In this document: piece after piece, positions 34,437 through 42,568 of the stretch
How the letters are laid out: every line of letters begins with the position of its first letter
How positions within the stretch are numbered: the first letter of the stretch is position 1
The notes under the pieces: model-generated
Seen by the model: only the letters and a program-made list of their open reading frames with translations
What the model was told of the DNA's origin: nothing
The model's database searches: none
Virus record (IMG/VR): IMGVR_UViG_3300043756_000033
Location: 1 to 42,653 of that record
Strand: one strand, 5' to 3'
Length of the DNA: 42,653 nucleotides
Origin: a virus
Lineage: Duplodnaviria; Caudoviricetes
Made by a program: the position numbers and the translations under genes

Positions 34437-36239
34437 TCAGAACACCTGCTTTCTCTCTCTCGCCTTCCTGTTGATTTCGGCCATCTTCTGGCTGAACGCC
34501 CACGATAGCATGGTGGCCGGGTCCGGCGGCGGACGCTCGCCCATCACGCTGTCCCATGTCAGGCCCCGCGCGACCAGTCCCGGCCTGCGCCACTCCACCC
34601 ACGCGTGATGCGCCAGCACGGTGGCGCTCACAAGGTCGTCGTTCTGTCCGGTGTCGGGTCCCGCGCCCAGCCAGCCCTCATCTTCGACCAGCGCCTGCAC
34701 CTGTTCGATCAGCCGCGCGCTGCGTATCTCCAGCCGCCGCAGCATCATGCTGTCACGTAATTCGCTGTACGTCTGGTGTTTGTTGTCCTGATTGGCCTTC
34801 CATGCGATGACGTTGCCGCCTCCGCCAAGGGTATCCGGCCGCTTGTAGAGAAACCATCGCACGCTGCCGATCATGTCGAGCAGTCGTCCCGCCTGCGGAT
34901 CGCCCTGTAGTATTCCGCGCTCAGCGAGTTGGCGCAGGTTTCGCACCTCCGGGATAATCGCCGCACCAACACCAGTGACTTCCAGATTAGCCAGATGATT
35001 TCGATAAGCGCCCGCGAGGTGAGCCAGCACCCAAGCCAACTGATACGTAAGCGGCTGGTTCGAACGAAACTCCGCCACCTGCACCGCCTTGTCTGCGAAG
35101 CAGCGCAGGACTTCGATGGCGTGATCATCGCTGTCGCCGCCACCACCGCCGGATGGATCGACGCCAATGCAGTAAACGCCTTCAGGGTCGGGCGGCTCCC
35201 AGACCTTGAGCATGGCGTCCTCTGGCCTCTTGGCCTTCGATATCTTCGACCCGATGAACTGTTCGTCAAAGTCATACTTGAAGCCCTGATAGGGCGGCGG
35301 GGGCGTGAGCGCCTCAGCGATTTCGAGTGTGCGTTTCGCCGGGAAGAACCCGGACCCGGAAGCGATGAAACACTCACGCTCATGCCACGGGTAGTGCCGC
35401 AGCATGTACTCCTCCGCCTTGAACTCGCCCTCGCGCCGCCACCACGCGATCTGTTCCGGCTTCACCAGCACGCCGTACTGGCGTTTAACGATCTGGGCGC
35501 GGGTTATTTCCTCGTCGGTCAGCGAGCCGTCCCAGTAGATTTTATAATCCGGGTCGGTCTTGGCGATGCTGTAGGTCGGGTTGGCCCAGAACCCGATGAA
35601 GATAAACTTCATGTGCCGGTCGGCCTTGGCCTGCTGGCAGAAGTTGTAAAACCAGTTGAACCCGTTGGCGATGCTTTCCCAGATGTACAGGCGGTGAGGG
35701 TTTTCCCTTGCCAGCGACGCCTTCAGGCTCTCCACGCCTGCCAAGCTTTTCCATTGCGCGCATTCGGTGGCGTGCATCATGTTGAGGGCACGGGAGGCTC
35801 CCAAGTCCGGATTAGACGCTGCTGCCATAAGATCGATGACGGAACGGTTCGCAAAAGCCATACCGTTGCGATTGTTCTGTACGAGGCGGTGCTCAGGACC
35901 GCGCCACTCGTCAGGGAGGGTTTCCAGAAGAGCGGCAAAAATTCGTCGTAGTCGCTCAAGGTTATCCGTTCGGTCAGCGATAATCGCTCCCTGAACGCCT
36001 TCGTTTGCCAGCGCCCAGAAGAGTTCGACGATGGAGCATGCCGTGGTGATGGCGACCTGACGGCACTTGAGCACGACGAATTCATGTACGCCCTCCTGAA
36101 GCCCCTTGGCCACGGCATCGATGACCATGCGCTGCGACGGCCACGCCTCGATGTGCGCGCGGCCAAGTTCCTTGGTGTCAACTTCTACGCTTGACAACAG
36201 GTCGTAGAGCCCCTGTCTAATCGTTGCCATGGCCGACAC
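34437..36239 (-). CDS. terL: Terminase large subunit
   Basis: LKCRQVAITT (Walker A region), MMHATE (Walker B), ESIANG (motif III), RNase H-type IGVDPS...DD...DDLVSA. Confidence 0.92.
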   Translation of the reverse strand: MSAMATIRQGLYDLLSSVEVDTKELGRAHIEAWPSQRMVIDAVAKGLQEGVHEFVVLKCRQVAITTACSIVELFWALANEGVQGAIIADRTDNLERLRRIFAALLETLPDEWRGPEHRLVQNNRNGMAFANRSVIDLMAAASNPDLGASRALNMMHATECAQWKSLAGVESLKASLARENPHRLYIWESIANGFNWFYNFCQQAKADRHMKFIFIGFWANPTYSIAKTDPDYKIYWDGSLTDEEITRAQIVKRQYGVLVKPEQIAWWRREGEFKAEEYMLRHYPWHERECFIASGSGFFPAKRTLEIAEALTPPPPYQGFKYDFDEQFIGSKISKAKRPEDAMLKVWEPPDPEGVYCIGVDPSGGGGGDSDDHAIEVLRCFADKAVQVAEFRSNQPLTYQLAWVLAHLAGAYRNHLANLEVTGVGAAIIPEVRNLRQLAERGILQGDPQAGRLLDMIGSVRWFLYKRPDTLGGGGNVIAWKANQDNKHQTYSELRDSMMLRRLEIRSARLIEQVQALVEDEGWLGAGPDTGQNDDLVSATVLAHHAWVEWRRPGLVARGLTWDSVMGERPPPDPATMLSWAFSQKMAEINRKARERKQVF

Positions 36240-36429
36240 CCAGTGAGTTTGGCGAGTGCGGTTCGGCTACGCGCTGGTAGATATCGCCGCTGCGACGATG
36301 CCAGCGCCCCGACATGAACGCGGGGCGCGGCTGTTCGATTGCGCCCGACCGGTGGATAGCTTCATCGATCAGGTCGCCGATGCGGTGCAGTTCGTCGGCT
36401 TCGGGTCGTTCAGCGTTTGGCTCGCCCAT
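36217..36429 (-). CDS. Hypothetical protein
   Basis: GGAGG SD; overlaps the terL start. Confidence 0.5.
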   Translation of the reverse strand: MGEPNAERPEADELHRIGDLIDEAIHRSGAIEQPRPAFMSGRWHRRSGDIYQRVAEPHSPNSLGVGHGND

Positions 36430-36501
36430 TGCGTTCCTCCGGTCGGTGGCTATAGTCCCGCCCGGTGCTCACAGCAGCACCCCACTGTTAGGGTCCTTGA
36501 A

Positions 36502-36536
36502 CCGCCGCCCCGCGCCAGTCGGAGCGGCGGCTTTTT
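36502..36536. terminator. Hairpin/terminator at the early-late boundary
   Basis: CCGCCGC...GCGGCGG stem with TTTTT on the plus strand, right after the stop of 36539..36832. Confidence 0.55.
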
Positions 36537-36538
36537 CG

Positions 36539-36832
36539 TCAGAACTTCGGTTCAGGCTCCGGTTCTTTCGCAGGCGCAGCCGCGTCTGCTTCCGGTTCGT
36601 CCTTCACCTCGTAGCACTCGTTGACTTCAAAGTCGGCGGCTCCGGTCCATTGTACATCGTAGTCGATGCCGCGCAATTCGGCTTGATGCCTCTTCGCATC
36701 GGTGCCGCCCTTGAACGCCTCGCGCTCCTGTTCCAGCGCCTTGGCCTTCGCCTCCTCCACGCTGTCCGCCTCGATTGTCATGTCGCAGCAGGCGTTCACC
36801 GTGCAGAAAACAGAAACTTGGTACTTCGGCAT
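36539..36832 (-). CDS. Hypothetical acidic protein
   Basis: AGGAG SD; IEADSVEEAKAKA motif. Confidence 0.7.
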   Translation of the reverse strand: MPKYQVSVFCTVNACCDMTIEADSVEEAKAKALEQEREAFKGGTDAKRHQAELRGIDYDVQWTGAADFEVNECYEVKDEPEADAAAPAKEPEPEPKF

Positions 36833-36833
36833 G

Positions 36834-37064
36834 TCAGGTCTCCTTGTTAAGTTTTTCGATTGTCACACGAACCTTGTCACCCGCCTTGAACGCGGGCTCC
36901 AACTGGCCAACGTAGAACGAGAGGTTGCCGAATGTCACGTACCATCCGGCGCTCTCGGTGAACAGCTTGGCCTGACCGTCCACAAGTTTCGCGCCCACTG
37001 TCAGGCGTTTCTCTTCCACCCGCTGCACCCTGTCCACAAAGACGTAGCGGATGCGTTCAGTCAT
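36834..37064 (-). CDS. Hypothetical beta-rich protein
   Basis: ATGA overlap; FKAGDKVRVTIEK. Confidence 0.65.
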   Translation of the reverse strand: MTERIRYVFVDRVQRVEEKRLTVGAKLVDGQAKLFTESAGWYVTFGNLSFYVGQLEPAFKAGDKVRVTIEKLNKET

Positions 37065-37276
37065 CGGAAGCCCTCCACCCAGCGCCGCACGCCCTCCGCG
37101 TCGTCCTGCATCACGTACATGATGCCCAGCGCGGCGATGGCGGGGTTGACGCCGCATTCGGGATGCTCCGCCATCCGGCCCATCATCGTGGCGCAGGCGT
37201 CTTGCAGGTCGCCCCTGTCAAGGTCTTTCCTTGCCAGTTGCTTGCACCATTCAACGTGCTCCTCGCGCGTCCTCAT
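37061..37276 (-). CDS. Hypothetical protein
   Basis: MRTREEHVEWCKQLA...VRRWVEGFR; coupled overlaps. Confidence 0.7.
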   Translation of the reverse strand: MRTREEHVEWCKQLARKDLDRGDLQDACATMMGRMAEHPECGVNPAIAALGIMYVMQDDAEGVRRWVEGFR

Positions 37277-37524
37277 CGCCGCGTCTCCGCGCGCTTGATG
37301 TTGATGCTGTCGATCTGGTACGGGCCTTTGCAGCCCACGCCCGGCTGGCCGAATACGGCCTTGCCGCTGGTCAGGTCCTGAAACGTCTGCGTCATGATCG
37401 CATTGAACACATGCGCGAAGTCGCAGTGAACGTGACCCGATACGGTGAAGCTGGCGTTTGCGCCTGCGGTGCCGGTGACGCTGTATTCGTAAGTCCGGAT
37501 GCTGAACTCATGCGGGTCAGGCAT
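37273..37524 (-). CDS. Hypothetical protein
   Basis: CAGTGGAG SD; LTSGKAVFGQPGVGCKGPY. Confidence 0.7.
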   Translation of the reverse strand: MPDPHEFSIRTYEYSVTGTAGANASFTVSGHVHCDFAHVFNAIMTQTFQDLTSGKAVFGQPGVGCKGPYQIDSINIKRAETRR

Positions 37525-37840
37525 TTTTTTCTCCACTGTGTACGGGGTTTCGCTTTACGCCCAAATCAAAATTTTTTATTTTTTTCAAATTCCAAAACCG
37601 AACCGGCGGCGGTCCCTGAGAAGAACCCGCCGCCGTTTCGCCGTCCGCCCGAGGGGGACCGGCTCCCTTTCGGGAGGTGTTTGCAAGATACCAGCCTTGT
37701 ACGTGACATGCCAGACGCGCCGCAGGTAATCCCCTCCTCGCGCGCCTGCGGGCGGCCCGCAGGCTGGTTTTCTGTGCCCCGGGAAAGGACCGGGAACGTC
37801 GAGCTATCTTGCCTCCCGACGCTGGATTGCCGCCCTGTGT

Positions 37841-38020
37841 CTATGGTGCTTCCAGCCAAGCGGCGGCGCAGGCCGCCTCTGGCGTGGCGTAGACAATCGG
37901 CTCGCCGTTGATGTTGCGGACAATCTCCCATGCCCGCGTGGTCCGCAGGTACATGCCGTGCCAAGCGGGTTTGCCGTTGACCGGCGCGCAGGGCCTTGCC
38001 TTGACCGTTGGTTCGCTCAT
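37841..38020 (-). CDS. Hypothetical protein
   Basis: ATGA overlap, GAGGAGG SD. Confidence 0.6.
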   Translation of the reverse strand: MSEPTVKARPCAPVNGKPAWHGMYLRTTRAWEIVRNINGEPIVYATPEAACAAAWLEAP

Positions 38021-38283
38021 GCGCGTGCCTCCTCGCATTGGCAGGGGACGCGCCGCCGGGTCGGATGAACGTCAGCCTCGCCCATCAGCGCGTCAAGTTC
38101 TTCGATGCACGCGAAGGGCCGACGCACGCCGGTCCCTCCGCCCATGTAGGTGTAGCGCCAGCCGCGCGCATACTTCGTCACGCGATGCTGCCGATCCGGC
38201 GTATCATAGCGCGGATAGCCCTTGACCGGCGTATCGTCGCAGCGATGGAAACCGCGCTTGAGCAGTTTTTTCTTCATGCCCAT
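38017..38283 (-). CDS. Hypothetical protein
   Basis: GGAGGACTGACATG translation start. Confidence 0.6.
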   Translation of the reverse strand: MGMKKKLLKRGFHRCDDTPVKGYPRYDTPDRQHRVTKYARGWRYTYMGGGTGVRRPFACIEELDALMGEADVHPTRRRVPCQCEEARA

Positions 38284-38284
38284 G

Positions 38285-38518
38285 TCAGTCCTCCGCCGTG
38301 CTCTGCTCCGCCGGATGCAGCGACTTGTCCAGCGCATCGATCACCATGGCGTACTGCTTCGCGGTGTCCGCGTCCTCGCAGAACAGGGTCAACTCGGTTT
38401 CCTCCGGGTCGCCCTTCCAATTGAGGTTGATCAGTTTCATCCGCAGGAGCGTGTCGCCCGTGCTGAGCGTCGCCGTTCGCGCGCTAATCCGCACCAAGCG
38501 ATGCTGGGTGATTTCCAT
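38285..38518 (-). CDS. Hypothetical protein
   Basis: CAGTGGAGAACGACAATG start; downstream of a promoter. Confidence 0.65.
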   Translation of the reverse strand: MEITQHRLVRISARTATLSTGDTLLRMKLINLNWKGDPEETELTLFCEDADTAKQYAMVIDALDKSLHPAEQSTAED

Positions 38519-38555
38519 TGTCGTTCTCCACTGTCGGCAAAATTGCCAAATGAAA

Positions 38556-38584
38556 AAGTTAACGGCGCATTCGCGCGCCGTCAA
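38556..38584 (-). promoter_or_regulatory. Sigma70-type promoter
   Basis: TTGACG-N17-TAACTT. Confidence 0.55.
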
Positions 38585-38588
38585 GGCG

Positions 38589-38738
38589 TCACGGGAAAAA
38601 GTGTACCATAGTTGCGAGTGCGATAGCACTGAGCCAGATACCCCATAGCTCCGATCTTGGCACGGCCAGCTTATATGCAATGGATTGCAGCGTGCCGATC
38701 ACAATCACCGCGAACAGCGTGAAGCTTGCCTCCGACAT
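38589..38738 (-). CDS. Small two-TM membrane protein (49 aa); not in ORF track
   Basis: MSEASFTLFAVIVIGTLQSIAYKLAVPRSELWGIWLSAIALATMVHFFP. Confidence 0.55.
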   Translation of the reverse strand: MSEASFTLFAVIVIGTLQSIAYKLAVPRSELWGIWLSAIALATMVHFFP

Positions 38739-38741
38739 GGG

Positions 38742-38933
38742 TCAGTCCCTTCCATGCACGATGACTTTCCAGTGCGGGCTTTCGCACAGTTCTTCAACCG
38801 TGCGCTTGCCGAGGATCGCGCCGGGCGCAAAGTCGAGACTGTCGGTTACCCTGATCACGCGATAGGTCGGCTCCCTGTTCGCGAGATTGGGGCAGAGATA
38901 GTCAACCGTCAAGGTTTTGAGTTTACTGGCCAT
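38742..38933 (-). CDS. Hypothetical protein
   Basis: GGAGGGACTGACATG start. Confidence 0.65.
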   Translation of the reverse strand: MASKLKTLTVDYLCPNLANREPTYRVIRVTDSLDFAPGAILGKRTVEELCESPHWKVIVHGRD

Positions 38934-38934
38934 G

Positions 38935-39540
38935 TCAGTCCCTCCCGAAACCGAGCGGCATGTCCATGCCCTCCGCTTCGTCCAGCGTTCCGTCCAACTC
39001 GTCCGCAGCGGTGCGGATTTCGTCGGCCTTGTCGGCAATGTCGAGGTTGCACACCTCGTCAAGCTTGTCGGCAAGGTTTCCGCTTTGCAGGTTGTCCGGG
39101 AGGTTGTCCTTCCATTCCTGATATTCCTCCTGCACGCCCTGAAGCTCGCTCATGGCATCCTCTAGCTCGTCGCAGGAGGAGATGATTTCGCCGAGTGCGG
39201 TCTTGGCGCGGGTCACGGCTGACTGCCAGCGGTCGATACGCGATTGCCGCTTCTTCGCCCGCTTGACAGGCTTGAGTGGCGCAACGTCCTGTACCGTGGG
39301 CACGGCCCGTCCGGTCCCGGTCATCTGTTCGACGGCCAACGCTTCGGCGTTACCGGGAACGTCCGGCTCCTCCGCGCCGTTGAGCGCGTCCACCACTGCC
39401 GCAGCAATGCGCTCCGCAGCATCGGTATCGCCGCAGTAGATCGGGATTGTCGCAAACGTCAGGGCCGGATTGTCGGAAGAAATAACCTTTACGTGCGGGT
39501 CATCGGCGTTGTCAGCCGTGACAAAATCAAAAACTGCCAT
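38935..39540 (-). CDS. Hypothetical protein with acidic coiled-coil C-terminus
   Basis: QEEYQEWKDNLPDNLQSG...PLGFGRD; CAGTGGAG SD. Confidence 0.7.
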   Translation of the reverse strand: MAVFDFVTADNADDPHVKVISSDNPALTFATIPIYCGDTDAAERIAAAVVDALNGAEEPDVPGNAEALAVEQMTGTGRAVPTVQDVAPLKPVKRAKKRQSRIDRWQSAVTRAKTALGEIISSCDELEDAMSELQGVQEEYQEWKDNLPDNLQSGNLADKLDEVCNLDIADKADEIRTAADELDGTLDEAEGMDMPLGFGRD

Positions 39541-39569
39541 TGTCGTTCTCCACTGGTTAGAGTTTCACT

Positions 39570-39866
39570 TTACCTGACCTTCGCGGCCAGCACGTCGAGG
39601 TGCATCCCGTCCTTCTCCCAGACTTTCGCCGTCTTGGTATCCTGCCAGTTCTCCGCAATGTGCGCCGCCTTGAGGTGGCAGACTTCGCCCATCGCGAACA
39701 GCACCTTGGAAAGCCCGTGCCTGTCGATGATGGCTTCCAACTGATCGGCCAGCGGCTTTTCGCTCGCCACCTTGGCCGGTGCCAAGCCCGGCTGTTGCGT
39801 ATCGCCCACTGCGTTGCCGATCACGTCGTACAACTGGCCCATGTTCTCGATTTTCTCGTTTGGCAT
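39570..39866 (-). CDS. Hypothetical protein
   Basis: GGAG SD; LEAIIDRHGL...KAAHIAENWQD. Confidence 0.7.
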   Translation of the reverse strand: MPNEKIENMGQLYDVIGNAVGDTQQPGLAPAKVASEKPLADQLEAIIDRHGLSKVLFAMGEVCHLKAAHIAENWQDTKTAKVWEKDGMHLDVLAAKVR

Positions 39867-39909
39867 GTCCGTCTCCATTGGTTAGGCAAAATTGCCAAAT
39901 TTAATTTTT

Positions 39910-40125
39910 TCACTTGACGCGCCAGATATGGATACGTCCGTTGTGGTCGCGTGCCTCGAAAACTTTTTTCCTGTATCGCTGCATCGCCTGTCGTGCGTTG
40001 GTCTGTGCGGCGTTCCATCCGCAGTCAACCGCGAAGCAATCGCCCACATCCATCTTGAGCCACGGATATTTCATCTTGCGCTGGCGTGGCGTTCCCAATG
40101 GAATATTTTTTTTAATCCGCGCCAC
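39910..40125 (-). CDS. Small basic putative DNA-binding protein
   Basis: KYPWLKMDVGDCF...IHIWRVK, a pattern common in phage early regions. Confidence 0.7.
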   Translation of the reverse strand: MARIKKNIPLGTPRQRKMKYPWLKMDVGDCFAVDCGWNAAQTNARQAMQRYRKKVFEARDHNGRIHIWRVK

Positions 40126-40248
40126 CTTGGAACTCCAATCCAGAAAATTTTAATTTTTTTTTAATCCCAAACCGGTCCCTTTGTCAAATCCGGCGGCGGC
40201 CGGTTCCGGATTGTGGCGCGGCGGCAACGTGGCGGCGGCGCAACAGGT

Positions 40249-40347
40249 CCGAAACGGGACTATCCCGAAACAGGACTATCCCGGATCGGTCCAGTCCCGT
40301 TTTGGCGATAGTCCCGCGCGCGGCTTTGGTCCGCGCGCGGGATAGTC
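40249..40347. repeat. Tandem 16-bp repeat plus strong hairpin with GACTATC/GATAGTC cores
   Basis: ccgaaacgggactatc-ccgaaacaggactatc (40249-40280); hairpin tcccgcgcgcgg-N7-ccgcgcgcggga (40312-40342). Confidence 0.6.
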
Positions 40348-40358
40348 TTGAAAGCGGC

Positions 40359-40769
40359 CTAGTTGATCGGCACCGCCAGCGCCGCGCGGCGCGTCGGGAA
40401 TGGAACCACATTCGACGGGTCATCTATGCCGATGGCCTTGAGCAATGGCGCGGCGTCCAGCCACCGTGCGTTCTGTGGGTCGGCCATGCTGGCAGCGTAC
40501 CAGCGCAACAGCCCGCAGGTCGTAGCGATGTATTCATCTTGGCTGATCGCCTCATAGTGCAGCGCCGTATCAAGGTAGAGGCAGGCCGCGCGATACGAAA
40601 AGACAATCGCCTTACGTTCCGCAGCGTCAAGCTTGGCCGTCGCCTCCTCGCTTTCGCCGTCGCGAAGGAATGTCCGATAGCATTGCCAGCACGCCACTAG
40701 GTCCGGCTCTTTCGCCCGGCCACAGATGGCGCATTGGCAGGCCGCGCGCTGATATTGATAATCACTCAT
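40359..40769 (-). CDS. Zinc-finger hypothetical protein
   Basis: CAIC...CWQC. Confidence 0.65.
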   Translation of the reverse strand: MSDYQYQRAACQCAICGRAKEPDLVACWQCYRTFLRDGESEEATAKLDAAERKAIVFSYRAACLYLDTALHYEAISQDEYIATTCGLLRWYAASMADPQNARWLDAAPLLKAIGIDDPSNVVPFPTRRAALAVPIN

Positions 40770-40815
40770 GTCAGTCTTTCCACTTGTCAGGGGTTACCGT
40801 GCCATGTCGCACGAT

Positions 40816-40843
40816 TGATGGGGCAGCGAAAGCTGCCCCATCA
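40816..40843. terminator. Perfect 12-bp hairpin (terminator or processing site)
   Basis: tgatggggcagc-gaaa-gctgccccatca; no U tract. Confidence 0.5.
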
Positions 40844-40851
40844 GGCTTGCG

Positions 40852-41034
40852 TCATGGTCCGGGCGGATTGAAACCGTCCGGACTGTATCCCGTCTCTGCG
40901 TTCATCTTCGTGCATTCATCCTGCACAACAGGATGCCAGATGCCGTTGATCGGGGAATACACTTCGTAATTCTCCCGCGCCCATTGCCGGAACTTGCGTT
41001 CCTGCTCTGGCGATAGCGTCGTAAAGAGTTGCAT
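40852..41034 (-). CDS. Hypothetical protein
   Basis: FRQWARENY...WHPVVQDEC. Confidence 0.7.
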   Translation of the reverse strand: MQLFTTLSPEQERKFRQWARENYEVYSPINGIWHPVVQDECTKMNAETGYSPDGFNPPGP

Positions 41035-41039
41035 TTGTC

Positions 41040-41330
41040 TCACCATTTCACGGCTAGGCCGGAAGGCGAAAGCGGCTTGTCTGGAACCGGATTGGTTACC
41101 AACGCTCCACCATTGCCGTTCGGCTTGGGTTTCGGTTTCGAGGTGTCCAGCTTTAGGCTTGCGCCTAGTCCGTTCTCGAAACCATCAAGCGCGCTACTCG
41201 GAACCAAGCCGACTAGGTAGCTTCGCACGAATGCATAGACTGCCTTGTCGTCTTGGTTCCAAGCGTCGCGCGCCAACGCGAAAAGCGTTTCCACGTAAAT
41301 GGAAACGGTTGTCCGATCTATTTCGATCAT
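41040..41330 (-). CDS. Hypothetical protein
   Basis: 96-aa ORF in the early operon. Confidence 0.55.
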   Translation of the reverse strand: MIEIDRTTVSIYVETLFALARDAWNQDDKAVYAFVRSYLVGLVPSSALDGFENGLGASLKLDTSKPKPKPNGNGGALVTNPVPDKPLSPSGLAVKW

Positions 41331-41346
41331 GTTGGCGCGCTTTCAC

Positions 41347-42345
41347 TTAGGCGAGTTGCAAATCACGAACGCGCGGCATCAGCAATTCAACGGCTTGCGC
41401 CTTCATTGCTGCACCAGAACCGAATTGCGACGATGACATGATCCTGTCGTCGCTGCCGTTCGTCCTGTCATGGTCAACGTAACGCGTGATGGCGTTCAAC
41501 GCAGCCCATGCCGAGCCACGTTCCGCGCCTTCCTGCGTCACGGTTGTCTGATACGCTTTCGCGATTGCTTCATACTGGTTTGCCTTGCGCGATGAGATGT
41601 CGTCGCGCTTGGCATCAGGCTTTTCGCCTAACATCGCCAGAAAGAACTCATGAACTTCCCGGTCCGTCATGTGAACTTGCGCCATTGCATCGCCCATTGC
41701 CTTGAATGCTGCGAAGCCTTGCGCGATAGCCGCCAGTTCCTCGCCAACCTTGCGAGCGTTGAACTGGGTCGTATGCCGCGTTCGGATAACCGCGCGCTTG
41801 TCTGCGAGTGCAGCCTGTACCGTATTCTGGCAGACACCACGGACAACCGTTCCTTGATTGATAGTGCTTCCTGTTCCGTCAAAGGCGGTGGTCATCAGCA
41901 GGTACGCCTTGTGAGCATCTCCGCCAACCGTCAACGGCTGCCGATAAACCGCAGTTGCCCAAATCTTGCGGCCGCCATCAAGCGAGCCCGCAACATCCAA
42001 CTGGAACAGATCATTGACGCCGGTATAGCGTTCGAACCATTCCAGAACGTGACGTGGCTGCACTTCAATCCGCCGGTCAGTGCAGACACCCAACGTATGC
42101 CCGTTATCAGAGCGTACATTGAAAAACCTGTCTTTCACTTCCCGGAACTGTTCCATTCCGATGGACGATAGATCGGCGTAAGCCGGGACCTTGACCGCCT
42201 CCCAATTGAGACCGGCTTGCGCCGCCCATTGGTCCGTGGACATTCCCGGCTGCATTTCCGTTCCAAGACGGTGCCAGATATCATTCCGGCTGCCAAGGAA
42301 CGCAATGTTCGCGCGATCATTCGTCATATCGATGTTATGGGACAT
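41347..42345 (-). CDS. DUF932 (phage/plasmid-like TIGR03299) protein
   Basis: WHRLGT...AGLNWEA...AGSLDGGRKIWA...YLLMTTAFDGT...VRGVCQNT...RTRHT...SAWAALNAITRYVDH. Confidence 0.85.
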   Translation of the reverse strand: MSHNIDMTNDRANIAFLGSRNDIWHRLGTEMQPGMSTDQWAAQAGLNWEAVKVPAYADLSSIGMEQFREVKDRFFNVRSDNGHTLGVCTDRRIEVQPRHVLEWFERYTGVNDLFQLDVAGSLDGGRKIWATAVYRQPLTVGGDAHKAYLLMTTAFDGTGSTINQGTVVRGVCQNTVQAALADKRAVIRTRHTTQFNARKVGEELAAIAQGFAAFKAMGDAMAQVHMTDREVHEFFLAMLGEKPDAKRDDISSRKANQYEAIAKAYQTTVTQEGAERGSAWAALNAITRYVDHDRTNGSDDRIMSSSQFGSGAAMKAQAVELLMPRVRDLQLA

Positions 42346-42466
42346 TTGTCTTTCTCCACTGTTGGCGCTTTGGATGCCGCGACTATCGCGGCATCCTGAA
42401 ACGTCCCCAGAGGTGTGACCGGCACCGAAACCGCGACATAAGCCGCCCGTCGTTTCGCCCGGTCTA

Positions 42467-42480
42467 TTCACGATGTCAAA
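42467..42480 (-). promoter_or_regulatory. boxA-like leader element TTTGACATCGTGAA
   Basis: Identical to 9545-9558; followed on the transcript by two stem-loops. Confidence 0.5.
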
Positions 42481-42538
42481 AAACCCGGATCATTGGGGAT
42501 GGAAGCCAACGGGACCGCACGGCAAGCGCCGCAGGCAA

Positions 42539-42568
42539 ACCATAGCACTCCGCGCGAAACGGCGTCAA
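42539..42568 (-). promoter_or_regulatory. Early sigma70-type promoter
   Basis: TTGACG-N18-TATGGT with GTGC before the -10. Confidence 0.6.

Noticed and set aside
36217-36429. Terminase small subunit call
   Set aside because: The position fits, but there is no recognisable TerS sequence feature, so it is left as hypothetical.
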